Source of the DNA: Octopus bimaculoides
Taxonomy: Eukaryota
Assembly: GCF_001194135.2 (NCBI RefSeq)
Contig: NC_068989.1
Coordinates: 81,454,729 to 81,518,728 of the forward strand
Length of the DNA: 64,000 nt
Direction of reading: 5' to 3'
The notes beneath the pieces were generated by a model. That model had not been told where the DNA came from and made no database searches. It saw only the letters and a program-made list of their open reading frames with translations. Below, piece after piece: positions 1 through 12,402 of this stretch. A program made the position numbers and the translations under genes. Each line of letters begins with the position of its first letter. Positions within the stretch are counted from its first letter, which is position 1.

Positions 1-1415
1 TTAGTTTTCTATCTGTTAATTACTTGGTTTTATTACGTAATACCCCACAGAGCACATGAACCAATCAATACTATGTAAGAATAAAGCCTTGCTATGTAAT
101 AATGTTCATTTAAAGTGACTATATGAATCTGACAACTAACCTTGAGTGATTCAGGCAGTGATGATGCTGAATGAGAATCAGCTAATTCAGTTATCAGACC
201 TGCATATTCTCTCTCATCATTATAACACCAAAATTATATTACAATGAAAAAAAAAAAGAAAAAACTTTTATCTAGAATTAATTTTGTTATAGTAGGAAAA
301 TTAACTATTAAGTAGGAGTGGTGAGAAACAGAGAAGCTTAGCTTAATTACTAATATTCTTTTAATCATTTCAGCAAGTATGGGAAAGAACTTCAGACATG
401 TTTTGATGTTATTGCATTTCCTCAGTGAAACATAAACTTCTTCATACTAGGTGAAGTAGTGATTAGAGAATAAATCAGTATGATTGCAGTAATGTACCAT
501 GACAAGTTGTGGAATATTTGCCTAATTACAAAGAAATTATTTAAGTTAATTACACACAGATGCTATATACTTACTAGATATTAAGCTAACTTTCTATTCT
601 CTCTCCACTGCATAAGTATATTTCTAATTAGATTTATGATGTCCTGAATGAAATATGTCCACCCACCTACTTAACAGTCAAGTTATAGACTGTAATACAT
701 AATGCAATGAGGAACAAAAGTCTAATTAATCAATAGTACTTAAAGCAGTAAGAAGAAAACATTAACTTTCTGACTAATATTAATTAATTTTCATGTGAAT
801 GGTGTCTGTGGGTAATTACCTTCAGGCCTTATTATAAGTAGAGTAGTGGTTACTTGTGTACATTATTGTACATTATTATAGTGATTCTCAAATCACTAAT
901 CTGGTAGGTATGTATGTTTCACTGAAGAGATCTAATAAAACTGAAACACACCCTAAGTTGTCCCCCTTACTGCCTAAGATCAGGTTAAATCAATATCACA
1001 TCATCGAGCTATTATTTTCTTCTCATTAGCACTAAGTATTATTAATACAACACAACTAAATGACATGCACTCTAGATTTAACTCCTAATTCTTTGACTAA
1101 TAGATCCATATGTCATAAATTCAATATTTAAAATAAATAGTAAAACAATTCTATATGGAATCGACAAAGTACAACAGAATTGTCTCCCATGCACAGATTT
1201 TTTTTTTGTTTATTAATGTTTTGAATTTTGAATATTTCACAATTTAATCTTATTGCTATTATACTAGTTTCATGAGTTGATTACCAAAATTATTTTCATC
1301 AATATTTAATTTGCCTTTAAATTGAAATAAATAAATTTGTAAAATTATAAACTTTTCTAAAGCTTTTAACTTTTAAAAAGTAAAATTATGTTTTCTGGAT
1401 TATTTTGATTTTTAG

Positions 1416-1574
1416 GTGGAGTTTTACCGAAATGAAGAATTTAAAACTAAAGAAGGAATTACTTTCTTTAAATCTGGGATAAAATTGGATGGTGTTGAAT
1501 TCAAGAAAATAGGATACAGCTCAGGTGTTGATATTGAGCCTCAATTCTTCCTCGGTGGAACCAAAGAAAACATT
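1416..1574 (+). CDS. Internal coding exon of an unidentified gene (VEFYRNEEFKTKEG...GGTKENI)
   Basis: tttttag| acceptor at 1415 and |GTATGT donor at 1575. The exon is 159 nt (53 codons), open, phase 0-0, with GAA/AAA-rich coding-like composition. Confidence 0.7.
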
Positions 1575-2480
1575 GTATGTTGTTTTTGTCATTAATCTTA
1601 ATATTTTGCATATCTTACCATTTGACATTTATTATTAGTATTTTATTTTTATTTTATTTGTATTTATTAGTATTTTATTATTAGTTCATCCATCATTGTC
1701 GACAATGACCAAATGACCATGAAAGAACTGCATGAGTTGCTGATTGGTTATGGATGTGAAGCTGAATGTAATTGAGACAAAACACCATCCCAACATGATT
1801 TTATTTATTCCACACAAGTCATACTAAGATTGGTCACAAATGACAAAAATCTCTACATAGAAGGAATGAGATGTAAGAAACATAATACAACATGCATGAT
1901 AGCTGGATACAAGAGCTTAGCACAGGGACTGAATTAAACACAGGAATGCATATGCATGTTGCTTCATATCTGCCATCATATAACACATATCAGGTTGAGC
2001 ATGTAGTCATTAAAATGACTATTTGAGAAGGAGTGTGTGTATTGGACTACTACTTTGCACATACTGCAGTTTGGTGAGAGTGGAGACAACATTCCTATTG
2101 AATGCCTACAACACTGCGAATCGGTGCTTAAAACAGATTGTATTTATAAGCTTATTACAGAGAACAATCTAGAAGGAGCTGGAGAAGCTATCATGTGAAA
2201 ACCAACAGCTGATTGGCTGATAACCTGACCTTACGCATGAAAGAGTTGAACAATGCCATGGCTTCAAGTCCATGATGTGGCAACTCAGGTTTGAGTCTTG
2301 CTACAAGATAAAAGAAGATACATTGCATAAATAAAGCAACTTTTAGATAATCGTATTTTTATTATATTTTTATTTGCTACAAATAAATTTTCTGAATTTT
2401 TTTTTTTTTTTTTTTTTTTTAGACTTGTATAAATTATTAACAAACCTCAAACAAACTTTACTCTTTTTCTTTTCTTCTAG

Positions 2481-2597
2481 ACAACAGAGGTTCCGAAATT
2501 CAAAGGGATAATTAAAAATTTCATTGAAGAGACAACTGGTCAAATATTCGAAAAAGCCACATTTGAGCAAAATATACAAACTTGTGAGAAATCATAA
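2481..2597 (+). CDS. Probable terminal exon of the same gene (TTEVPKFKGIIKNFIEE...CEKS*)
   Basis: Strong ctttttcttttcttctag| acceptor. Phase 0 joins in frame to exon 1416-1574. 38 codons then TAA at 2595-2597. Confidence 0.6.
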   Translation, partial: TTEVPKFKGIIKNFIEETTGQIFEKATFEQNIQTCEKS

Positions 2598-2631
2598 GAA
2601 AACTTTAAGATGAAAGGGGAAAATATCTTGC

Positions 2632-2823
2632 CTGAAAAATACATTTATCTCCATTCACTGACGCAAAGTTCAGTTTTAATGATTCAGGACTCAAATCATC
2701 ATCTATTTTCAAGCTACACTTTTGTAATTCTCTCTTCTCTACTATTACCATAACTTCACTCCAGATTGACGCATTAACATATTCATCTTTCAAGCATGCA
2801 AAACAGGGACCCATAGCAGCCAT
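2632..2823 (-). CDS. Candidate first coding exon of an unidentified minus-strand gene (MAAMGPCFACLKDE...DKCIFQ)
   Basis: aaaaATGG start 12 nt after a tttttag| acceptor (2835). 64 open codons with globular-protein-like composition, then CAG|GCAAGA, a GC-type donor consensus. The ORF otherwise stops at 2605. No homology recognised. Confidence 0.4.
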
Positions 2824-2952
2824 TTTTTTTTTTTTCTAAAAATTGGCTGGTTTGAAATGAAAAATAATAATGATAATAACAACAACAGCAACAACAATAA
2901 TAATGATTTTGTACTTTGGTAAAAAGGAAGCTGAAAATACATTTAATTGCTA

Positions 2953-3262
<310 letters not shown>

Positions 3263-4036
3263 TATGTTTCTTTTTATATCAAATTATATGTAAAAAGAAT
3301 TTAACCGTAAACTGAAGAATTACTCAATACTTTTTATTAGAGTAAATATTTGTTATACTTTTACAAGAAGAGGAGAGACAGTGTCTAAGCCTTCATCTGA
3401 CAGTCTGACAAGGTTAGCAGGCCAAAACTTCGCAGTCACTATCATCCTTTTTCATGCAAAAGTTAATAAGCAATTCAAATATGTAATGCTGTACCGAAGA
3501 TTTTCTATTTCCAATTCTACTATTCGACTATACATATATGTATACATATAATATGCACATGCATACATACATACAAAGATATATATATATGCATATGCAT
3601 ATACAGACACGTACACACATCTGCACTCACACATACATACAAGCACACATATTTATATACATACATATAATATATATATATGTCTGTGTAATATGCATGT
3701 ATGTATTTATGACTTTGGTCATAATACGATGATCCAATATGGCCTTATTTGTAATGGCTAAAATCAACTAACAAATTAAAGAATCTGTTTGTAGGATATG
3801 TGATATCAAGAGAGTAATCATTGAAAAAGAAAGTGAGAGGAGGGAGGTGGGTATAAAGCAGTAGCACACTCACAAGTGTTTCTAATTAACATAATGAACC
3901 TTGATTTTTATGGCCTCTTGTTGGGCAATCATGTTTATAAAGGTAAATTTAGTCCTTACACCAAAAACTGTTGGTTTCAGCTGATCCACATTTTGTGATG
4001 TATCAATATATATACATATATACATANNNNNNNNNN

Positions 4037-4067
<31 letters not shown>

Positions 4068-4289
4068 GAGGGGATAAGTATAATCCTGGAGATCACCCCA
4101 TCACCACTTTTCATGCAGGAACCTGGCTAGCATAGTGTTCTAATAACTGAAGAAGTGAATGAGCGCTAATGTTATTATATTTATTGCATATATTGCATAA
4201 CTTTGTATGTGATATGAAATAAATGACATTCGTTCACGGAAACATATGTAACATTGATTTGACTTTTCTTTTCCTCAATTCAAATAATT

Positions 4290-4396
4290 ATATGCATGCA
4301 TGCATGTATGTATGTATGTATGTATGTATGTATGTATGTATGTATGTATGTATGTATGTATGTATGTATGCATGCATGTATGTATGTATGTATGTA
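4290..4396. repeat. (ATGT)n microsatellite
   Basis: Direct inspection. Confidence 0.95.
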
Positions 4397-4934
4397 TTTA
4401 AAAACTTTTGTAAAAATTACTTGATACAATTATAATGATTAGAAAAAGATTCTTTTAAAAGTTATTAACTTAATTAACAAAACCTTTGTGGAAGAATTTT
4501 TCATATACTATTTATATCTAGTGTGCATTTTGTGTGTAAGCACTTTCATTTTTCAACTTTGCAAACACTTATGTTCTGGACTAATGCATGAATATGAACC
4601 ACAACAGCTTACATTCATCCAAATGATACCTCCTGACAATTCTACATCAATTGTCAAATCTCCAACGAATAATTTTTTGAAAATCACTAATCATCAACAG
4701 CCAAAGACAACCATCAAATCTCAAGAGAACTCTTACAGATGAGAGATTTACCGAATGTAATAATGTCTTATGGTTGAGTTGATTTTTTTGTATTTCCCTG
4801 AAGAGAAGATTACATCTTTCTCAACATCACTCATTCCTTTGGAATGAACCAATTGTAATCTTCGAAACATATGTCGGAAATAAAAGAAATCATTTAACAC
4901 ATGCGTATAATTCCATTTATTTAATCTTATATAT

Positions 4935-4979
<45 letters not shown>

Positions 4980-5162
4980 GTGAGAATTTACAAAAAGACA
5001 AAGACGGGTGTGCAAACAACAAACAGATGTATTAGTTTAACGCTCGGGAAGTGAGAAAGCCTTTTACGTTTCAAGCCTACACTCTTCGACAGAAAGGAAC
5101 ACAGAAAGAAACAAGGAGAGAAAACAGAAAAAGTTTTAGTGGCTAGCGATCTATCATGGCGA
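4980..5162 (-). mobile_element. Penelope-like element terminal fragment with hammerhead-like motif
   Basis: Contains a minimal hammerhead-like fold at 5060-5097. Family assignment is inferred from the known association of Penelope-like elements with minimal hammerheads. Confidence 0.45.
5060..5097 (-). ncRNA. Minimal hammerhead-ribozyme-like motif (variant core CUGUCGA)
   Basis: Minus strand reads CCUUU-CUGUCGA-A-GAG-uguagg-CUU-GAAAC-GUA-AAAGG. Stem I is a perfect 5 bp, stem II is 3 bp, stem III is a palindromic ACGU, and the cleavage triplet is GUA. Confidence 0.5.
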
Positions 5163-5190
5163 ATATATATATATATATATATATATATAC

Positions 5191-5480
5191 ACTATAGCCT
5201 CAGGCCAACCAAAGCCTTGTGAGTGGATTTCATACACGGAAACTGAAACAAAACTGTCATATATATGTGTGCATTTGTGTGTGTGTGTTTGTATCTCCAC
5301 CATCGCTTGACAACCAATGTTGCTGTGTTTACATCCCTGTGACTTAACAATTTGGCAAAAGACGCCGATAGAATAAGTACTAGGCTTATAAAGAATAAAT
5401 CCTGGGGTCGATTTGTTTGACTAAAGGTGATGCTCCAGCATGGCTGCAGTCACATGACTGAAACAAGTAAAACAATAAAA
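5191..5480 (+). mobile_element. tRNA-derived SINE family A, 5'-truncated
   Basis: Matches the body and tail of the full copies (e.g. 16860-17272). Confidence 0.85.
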
Positions 5481-5700
5481 AATTATACCATTTTAATCCT
5501 GAGGAATGCCAGGTATCTCTGCTACTTTTATATGAAATATCATAAAATATCAAATATTTTTATTACGTATGAAAATGGAGAGATCTAATGGATACAAATT
5601 AATTTATTAATTAATTAACATATCCACCTACAATTGTTTCATTTCACAACCAAAATTAAAGCTACAAAATATATATAAATATATATATCTTGCATTTTAA

Positions 5701-5921
5701 CCCTTTAGTGTTCACATTATTCTGCCATAATTAATGCTTTTTTATCCACATTGCTTTGAACTAATCATGCATTATCTTGTAGCTATGAGATTTTGATGAG
5801 GTAGCTGCTAATTTTTAAAATGTTATTGTAGGGTTGGTGTAAAAGACTAGATCTGGTCAGTTTGAACATAGAATAGGCAGAATACTTTTGGCCGGATATG
5901 GCCGGTTTAAATGCTAAAGGG
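5701..5921. mobile_element. piggyBac-type MITE
   Basis: TTAA|CCCTTTAG ... CTAAAGGG|TTAA. Related copies lie at 11694, 23488 and 57283. Confidence 0.8.
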
Positions 5922-6301
5922 TTAAAATACCTTGGATGGGGAATCATCAGGATGCACAAAAGGACAAGACAAGGATTACATCATGATCCATTGGAATACT
6001 TAGAATACATAATCATGTTTATTATGTGTGTATGTATGTGTGTATGTGTGTGCATGCATTAAAATTATTCTTTTATTTTTAATTCAATAATAATAATTAA
6101 AAAAATAATAAGAAGAAGAATGAATGAATAATAATATGTTAATTAAAGAATAATATGTTAAGTAATTAATCTGTTAATTAATTAATAAATTAATTTGTAT
6201 CCATTACATCTCTCCATTTTAATAATTATATATATATATATAATACTTTATACTTAATAATAATATATATACATATATTTATACACACACACACTCACAT
6301 A

Positions 6302-6470
6302 TATGAGGTCTGATCAATAAGTATCCTAACTGTTGCCATAATAACAAAGCTAAAGCATGCAGAGTGAAGCCAGTTGGCAAAGATTGACCTTAGACTCTGC
6401 TGTGCATGCACACTAAGTTTTAACATCCTAGCTTACTTCTGCTGTTTACGGCAGTGTTTGGAAGGAAGGT
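6302..6470 (+). mobile_element. mariner-type 5' end/TIR remnant
   Basis: TA followed by TGAGGTCTGATCAATAAGT, resembling mariner TIR starts. Confidence 0.4.
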
Positions 6471-6479
6471 GTAAAATAC

Positions 6480-7525
6480 AAAAATGGGACAAGAACACAA
6501 AACATCCAGACAGGTGATACAAAAAAGGGACAACAAAACATCCAGACAGACGATACAAAGAAAACAAGGACAGGTCATTCGGAGTTTTCTTTCCTCAGTC
6601 GAATTCCAGATTATCTTTGCGATTTTGGTTGGTTATACTTGAGATTGCTCCAATCTGGCCAGCCCCAAGCAAAAACTAAGCTAAGAGCATTAGATTCCTT
6701 AGAAGAAAGCAGTGAATGTATACGAAAACAAGGACGGAAAAAAAAACAGAGAAATGTTACACAAATACAAATGCAAATAACAGGGCATAACAACTGGTGT
6801 CTTTCAACTAAGAATGATTAAATTAAGCTGGCGTGTGTGGAAGTAAAGCCTTATGGTAGGGACCTAAGATTTGACAAGCATAGGGAGGAATATAGATGTT
6901 GCACAGATGGTAGTCAAACCAAGAAAGAAAGGTCAGGCTTGGCCAAACACCAGTCACGTGGGGAGAGAAGAGAGAGAGGTAGAGGCAGAGGGATAGAAGA
7001 ATTAAGGAGGGGCGAGAAAAAAATGAAAGGGACAGAGTGAGGTGAAAGAGGAGGGAAAGTGAGCATGGAGAGAAGGCCAGGAAATGTGAGAGAGGGAGAA
7101 CAAAAGAATGAAGAGTGGAATGAATGAGGTAAGTGTGAAAGGGCTGATAGAAAGAAAGAATACAAAGAATAATAAGAGTCATACAAAATTTAGATATGTA
7201 TATATACTTACATATAAGAGACCAAAGTGTATGTACGCCGCTATATTTTTATATATAAAAAATACAAAAATGGCACAAGAACTCAAAACATCCAGACAGT
7301 TAGGTGATACAAAAAAGGGACAACAAAATATCCAGACAGACGATACAAATAAACGAGGACAGTTCGTTCGGAGTTTTCTGTCCTCAGTCGAGTTCCAGAC
7401 TATCTTTGCAATTTCAGCTAGTTATACTTGAGATTGCTCCAATCTGGCCAGCCCCAAGGAAAAACTAAGAAAGCAGCAAATGTATATGAAAACAAGAATG
7501 GAAAAAAAAAAAAAAAAAAACGGAG
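6480..7525. mobile_element. Direct-repeat-flanked element (about 270-bp repeats at ~6480-6760 and ~7262-7525), Penelope- or LTR-like
   Basis: Two clearly homologous copies (acatccagacagacgatacaaa...gagattgctccaatctggccagccccaag) flank a purine-rich core. Confidence 0.5.
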
Positions 7526-7529
7526 AAAG

Positions 7530-7787
7530 CATTGGTGCTTCTGTCACAGTAAAAGCACTTGCACTGGTGCCATGTTGAAAGCACTGGTGCCATGTTGAAA
7601 GCACTGGTGCCATGTTGAAAGCACTGGTGCTGATGCCATATAAAAAGCAGTCAATACACTCTGTAAAGGGGCTGGCATTTGGAAGGGCATCCTGTCATAG
7701 CAACCATGCTAGAACAGGCAATGGAGTGTGGATTGGTCCCCAGTCTTACAAGCTCCTGTCAAACTGTCCAACCCATGCCATGGATGA

Positions 7788-7790
<3 letters not shown>
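7530..7790 (+). mobile_element. RTE-LINE 3' end with 20-bp internal tandem repeat
   Basis: ggtgccatgttgaaagcact x3 followed by ggaagggcatcc...aacccatgcc tail sequence. Confidence 0.65.
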
Positions 7791-7830
<40 letters not shown>

Positions 7831-7834
7831 TATA

Positions 7835-7881
<47 letters not shown>

Positions 7882-8079
7882 ATGTGTGTGTGTGTGCATG
7901 TGTGTGTGTGTGTGCATGTGTGTGTGTGTATATATATATACACAGGACGCATTGGGTAAATTATCACCACCTTATATTTTTAGTTTCATGCATGCACATT
8001 GTTTGTTTTTGATTTTGTTGACTACACAGTATAGTAGGCTCAGTGGGGCATCATCTGTGAGAAAAACAGCACCATGACA

Positions 8080-8810
8080 CAATTCACTCTGCCAGAAATT
8101 TGGAAATGACATGCTGTACTGCTTGGCATTTGTGCCAGAAGTCCCAGTATGAACATTTCAGAGTGTTTGGGTGTCAATCTGAGGACATGATTTAAGAGTG
8201 ATAAAAATCAAGCATCCAGTTAACATCATGGTGTTTGGAGTGATCACAAGTGATGGTGACGTTATGCCTCCATTCATCTTCCCACACAGCCTCAGACTCA
8301 ACACGGAGGCCTATATAAAGTGCCTGAAGGATGTAGTGCTGCCCTGGCTCAAGAGGGTGGCTGCTGGAAAAACCTATGTCTGGCAACAGGTGCACCATGC
8401 CATACAAGCAGGAGAACCCAGCCATGGCTGTCAGACAATTTCTGCAACCACATCATTCCTAACATCTGGCCACGTAACTCCCCAGACTGCAAACCCCTTG
8501 GTTATTATCTGTAGAGTACAGTTGAGAGAGAGAGACCAACAAAACTCCTTGTAACACCAAAGATGAACTGAAGTCAAGGATTATGGCAGCATTTACCAAC
8601 TTAAACAAGTAGACCATCCAGAATAGTTGTAGGAGATTCCAAAGTTGTCTGAAGGCCATGATTGAAGCCAATGGCAATTTTATTGAATAAATTTATTGTT
8701 TAGTATTTCAAGATATTTTTAACTAACTTTGGTAAATACATCTGTTAAAATGAGATGTCAGTGTTATCATTTTTGCATAATTTATATGACAGTTTATTCA
8801 CTGCACCAAG
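8080..8810 (+). mobile_element. Decayed Tc1/mariner transposase, maT (DD37D)-like
   Basis: MVFGVITSDG, WQQ, then APCHTSRRTQ...IWPRNSPDCKPLGYY. Restoring D-S before APCH gives 37 residues between the 2nd and 3rd D. The copy is frameshifted and the 3rd D is mutated to G. Confidence 0.8.
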
Positions 8811-9839
8811 ACTAATTTCTTTCAAAATTTGATAAACCTACAAGACTGGGTGAAAGCGCTAATTTATAAAACATGTGACATATGAATAAAAATCTGTAAA
8901 TATACAACCATACAGACATCTGAGTACCTGATTATTATTTTTTCTAANNNNNNNNNNNNNNNNNNNNNNNNNNNNNNNNNNNNNNNNNNNNNNNNNNNNN
9001 NNNNNNNNNNNNNNNNNNNNNNNNNNNNNNNNNNNNNNNNNNNNNNNNNNNNNNNNNNNNNNNNNNNNNNNNNNNNNNNNNNNNNNNNNNNNNNNNNNNN
9101 NNNNNNNNNNNNNNNTGTATGTAATATGTAGATATATATATATGTATATATAATATATATATTTATATATGTGCATACATTTAAAAAAATTTTAGAAGCA
9201 TTAAAATATCATTTTGACTTCCTATTGACCATCTATGTACTATTTAGTTATTTTGAAGCTATTTTCTGAAGTATTAAAATATTCAGGCATTCAATCAGTC
9301 CATTTGAAAATGTTTATCACCTTTTCATTTGCCAATATTTTGAATTTTAAATATTTTTTTTAAAAACCTTGTTACATAGCAGTAATAGATACTTATCAAG
9401 TCTAACACTGACTTTATTTTTATTTCCATCAAAATATATTTCCTATCTACATTGAGTTTTGGCAGACATTGCATCAGAACTTACAACCATTACATAATCA
9501 AAACCTCAGGATGAAGTCTAGTTCTTCAATATTCTCCTAACAAATTTAAATATAGGCACAACTCAATGAAATATGTTCTCTATTAATTCTGCCCTTCCAG
9601 CCACAAATTCTTAAGAATATTGAAATTTCATATTTCTAGGAGTGAGTGAGTCTCTGTTATGGTTTTCAGTGCCTCAATTTTGACATCCTCTGCACCCACT
9701 CAACATATGTATCTTGTTATTTAAATATCTCTACCTATTTCTGTATACTCACCAGACATATACATACAAGCTAAGGCAACAATATATATTTGTAAATTCC
9801 TATTGCACCCCCCCCCATTTCATACACACACACTCCTAC

Positions 9840-10640
9840 ATGCACATACATATACATATATCTATATATACATACATACACACTCATATATATATATGCA
9901 TGTATATATGCATAGATACATACACATGCACACGTGTTTGTGTATGTATATTTGTATGTATATATGTATGTATGTATGTTTGTACATATGTACATATGTA
10001 TGTATATATGTTTGTATGTATGTATGTACGTATGTATGTATGTACGTATGTATGTATGTATGTATGTATGTATGTATGTATGTATGTATGTTTGTATGTA
10101 TGTATGTATTTATGTATGTATGCATGCAAAAGCTTCATGAAGCTGTTGTATAAAATGTGTTTACCATCAATATTTATACTATATAAGTCTATTTACTCAA
10201 GTGTTTGTTTTGTTGTTGAATATTTTAAATTATTATTCTGTCCTTTACTCGCTCTCTCTCTCTCTTTCACTGACTCTTTCTCACTCCTTATCTCTCTCAC
10301 TCTGCTATTCCCTCTGTCTCACTCTTCCACACTTTCTCTCTCTTTCTTTTTCTTGCTCTTTCTCTCTCCCACTTTCAGTCTCTCTTCGTCTCTCTCTCTC
10401 TCACAATCTCCCTACTCTCACTCTCTCTTTATCTCTCACTGTCTCTCACCCTTTCTCTCACACCCTCTTAATCTCTATCCCTCTCTCTCCTTCTCTTTCC
10501 CCATCTCTTTCTCTCTCACATACTCTCTCCGTCTCTCTACCTCTCTTTCTCCCTATCTCCCTCTCTATCTATCCACCTATCTATCAAACACCCTCTTTCA
10601 TTTCCATCTTTCCATTATCCCATCCCTACTCCATCTTGCA
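9840..10640. repeat. (ATGT)n microsatellite followed by a long degenerate CT-rich tract
   Basis: Direct inspection. Confidence 0.9.
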
Positions 10641-10819
10641 TGTTTTCTTCCTCTTCAACTCACAGTTTTCATCTTCCTCATCACAGTAGATCTTAATCCC
10701 CGAAGTTACAACCAACACAAACTGCCAGACTCGCTAAGATATTTCCATAACAACACACTTCAAATAAAAGCAAAATAGTTACACAAAAGAAAGATACACT
10801 CAAAATAACCTCTCTCTCT

Positions 10820-11470
10820 TTACTCTTTTACTCTTTTACTTGTTTCAGTCATTTGACTGTGGCCATGCTGGAGCACCGCCTTTAGTCGAGCAAATTGACC
10901 CCAGGACTTATTCTTTGGAAGCCTAGTACTTATACTATCAGTCTCTTTTGCCTAACCGCTAAGTTACGGGGACGTAAACACACCAGCATCGGTTGTCAAG
11001 CGATGTTGGGGGGACAAACACAGACACACAAACATATACACACACATACATACATATATATATANNNNNNNNNNNNNNNNNNNNNNNNNNNNNNNNNNNN
11101 NNNNNNNNNNNNNNNNNNNNNNNNNNNNNNNNNNNNNNNNNNNNNNNNNNNNNNNNNNNNNNNNNNNNNNNNNNNNNNNNNNNNNNNNNNNNNNNNNNNN
11201 NNNNNNNNNNNNNNNNNNNNNNNNNNNNNNNNNNNNNNNNNNNNNNNNNNNNNNNNNNNNNNNNNNNNNNNNNNNNNNNNNNATATATATATATATATAC
11301 ATATATACGACGGGCTTCTTTCAGTTTCCGTCTACCAAATCCACTCACAAGGCTTTGGTTGGCCCGAGGCTATAGTAGAAGGCACTTGCCCAAGGTGCCA
11401 CGCAGTGGGAATGAACCCGGAACCATGTGATTGGTAAGCAAGCTACTTACCACACAGCCACTCCTGCGAC
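10820..11470 (-). mobile_element. SINE family A, full length, with an assembly gap in its internal microsatellite
   Basis: The minus-strand head has A-box-like TGGCTGTGTGG and B-box-like GGTTCATTCC. The tail is (GTAAAAGA)n. N-run at 11065-11282. Confidence 0.9.
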
Positions 11471-11693
11471 TGGAAGTTTATCATAGAAAATTAAACTACA
11501 ATCCTAAACTAGGATTACATGATAATTAAAATTAAACAGTTTGATTAAAATTTTTATGATTTTAATGTCAGAATATTGGTATATGGTTGAACTGGCTCCC
11601 AGCCTTTTTTTACCTATGGACCCCTTTCGATTCCTATTCTATTTGACAGGACTCCCACATTTAAAAAAAATCCTATTGTATTTTTATGATTAA

Positions 11694-12402
11694 CCCTTTA
11701 GCATTCAAATTACTATGTCAAATATAATGCTTAGTTATTCAAATAATGCTTAGTTGTGCATTATCTCATAACTTCAAAATTTCTATGAATGTTACTGTTT
11801 ATCTTTAGAATGATATTATAGAGTATGGGGCAAGTGAAATCGAAATCGTAATTGAAACATATTCGATGACTGGCACATGTGCCAGTGGAGCACTAACAGC
11901 ACTGTCCGAGCAGCTGTCTGGCTTCCGTGCTAGTGGCACGTAAATAGCACCATTTGAGCGTGATCGTTACCAGCATCACCTTCCTGGCACTTGTACCGGT
12001 GGCATGTTAGAAAATCATTCGAGCAAGGTCGTTGCCTGTGCCACTGGACTGGCTCCTGTGCAGGTGGCACATAAAAAACACCATTTTGAGTGTGGTTGTT
12101 GCCAGTACCGCGTGACTGGCTCTCGTGCCGGTGGCACGTAAAAGCACCCACTACACTCTCAGAGTTGTTGGTGTTAGGAAGGGCATCCAGCTGTAGAAAC
12201 TCTGCCAGAATAGATTGGAGCCTGGTGCAGCCATCCGGTTCACCAGTCCTCAGTCAAATCGTCCAACCCATGCTAGCATGGAAAGCGGACGTTAAACGAC
12301 GACGACGATGATGATGATGTATGAGAGGCCAAATCTGGCAGGTTTGAACTTAAAACAGGTATGATATTTGGGCTGGATATGGCCCATTTAAATACTAAAG
12401 AG
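11694..12402. mobile_element. piggyBac-type MITE interrupted by an RTE 3' fragment
   Basis: TTAA|CCCTTTAG ... CTAAAGAG|TTAA, homologous to 5701-5921. Confidence 0.75.
11860..12320 (+). mobile_element. RTE-LINE 3'UTR fragment
   Basis: gtggcacgtaaaagcac repeats, the tail acccatgctagcatggaaagcggacgttaaac, then (GAT)n. Confidence 0.85.

Noticed and set aside
1690-2320. Possible decayed DNA-transposon coding remnant in the plus-gene intron
   Set aside because: The composition is suggestive, but no diagnostic motif could be read.
4752-4890. Minus-strand exon-like segment (FRHMFRRLQLVHSKGMSDVEKDVIFSSG...) ending at a GTAAAT donor
   Set aside because: No AG acceptor follows the pyrimidine tract and I recognise no homology, so it is too weak to call.
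9714-10778. 354-aa ORF
   Set aside because: It consists of translated (ATGT)n and CT-rich microsatellite and shows no domain.
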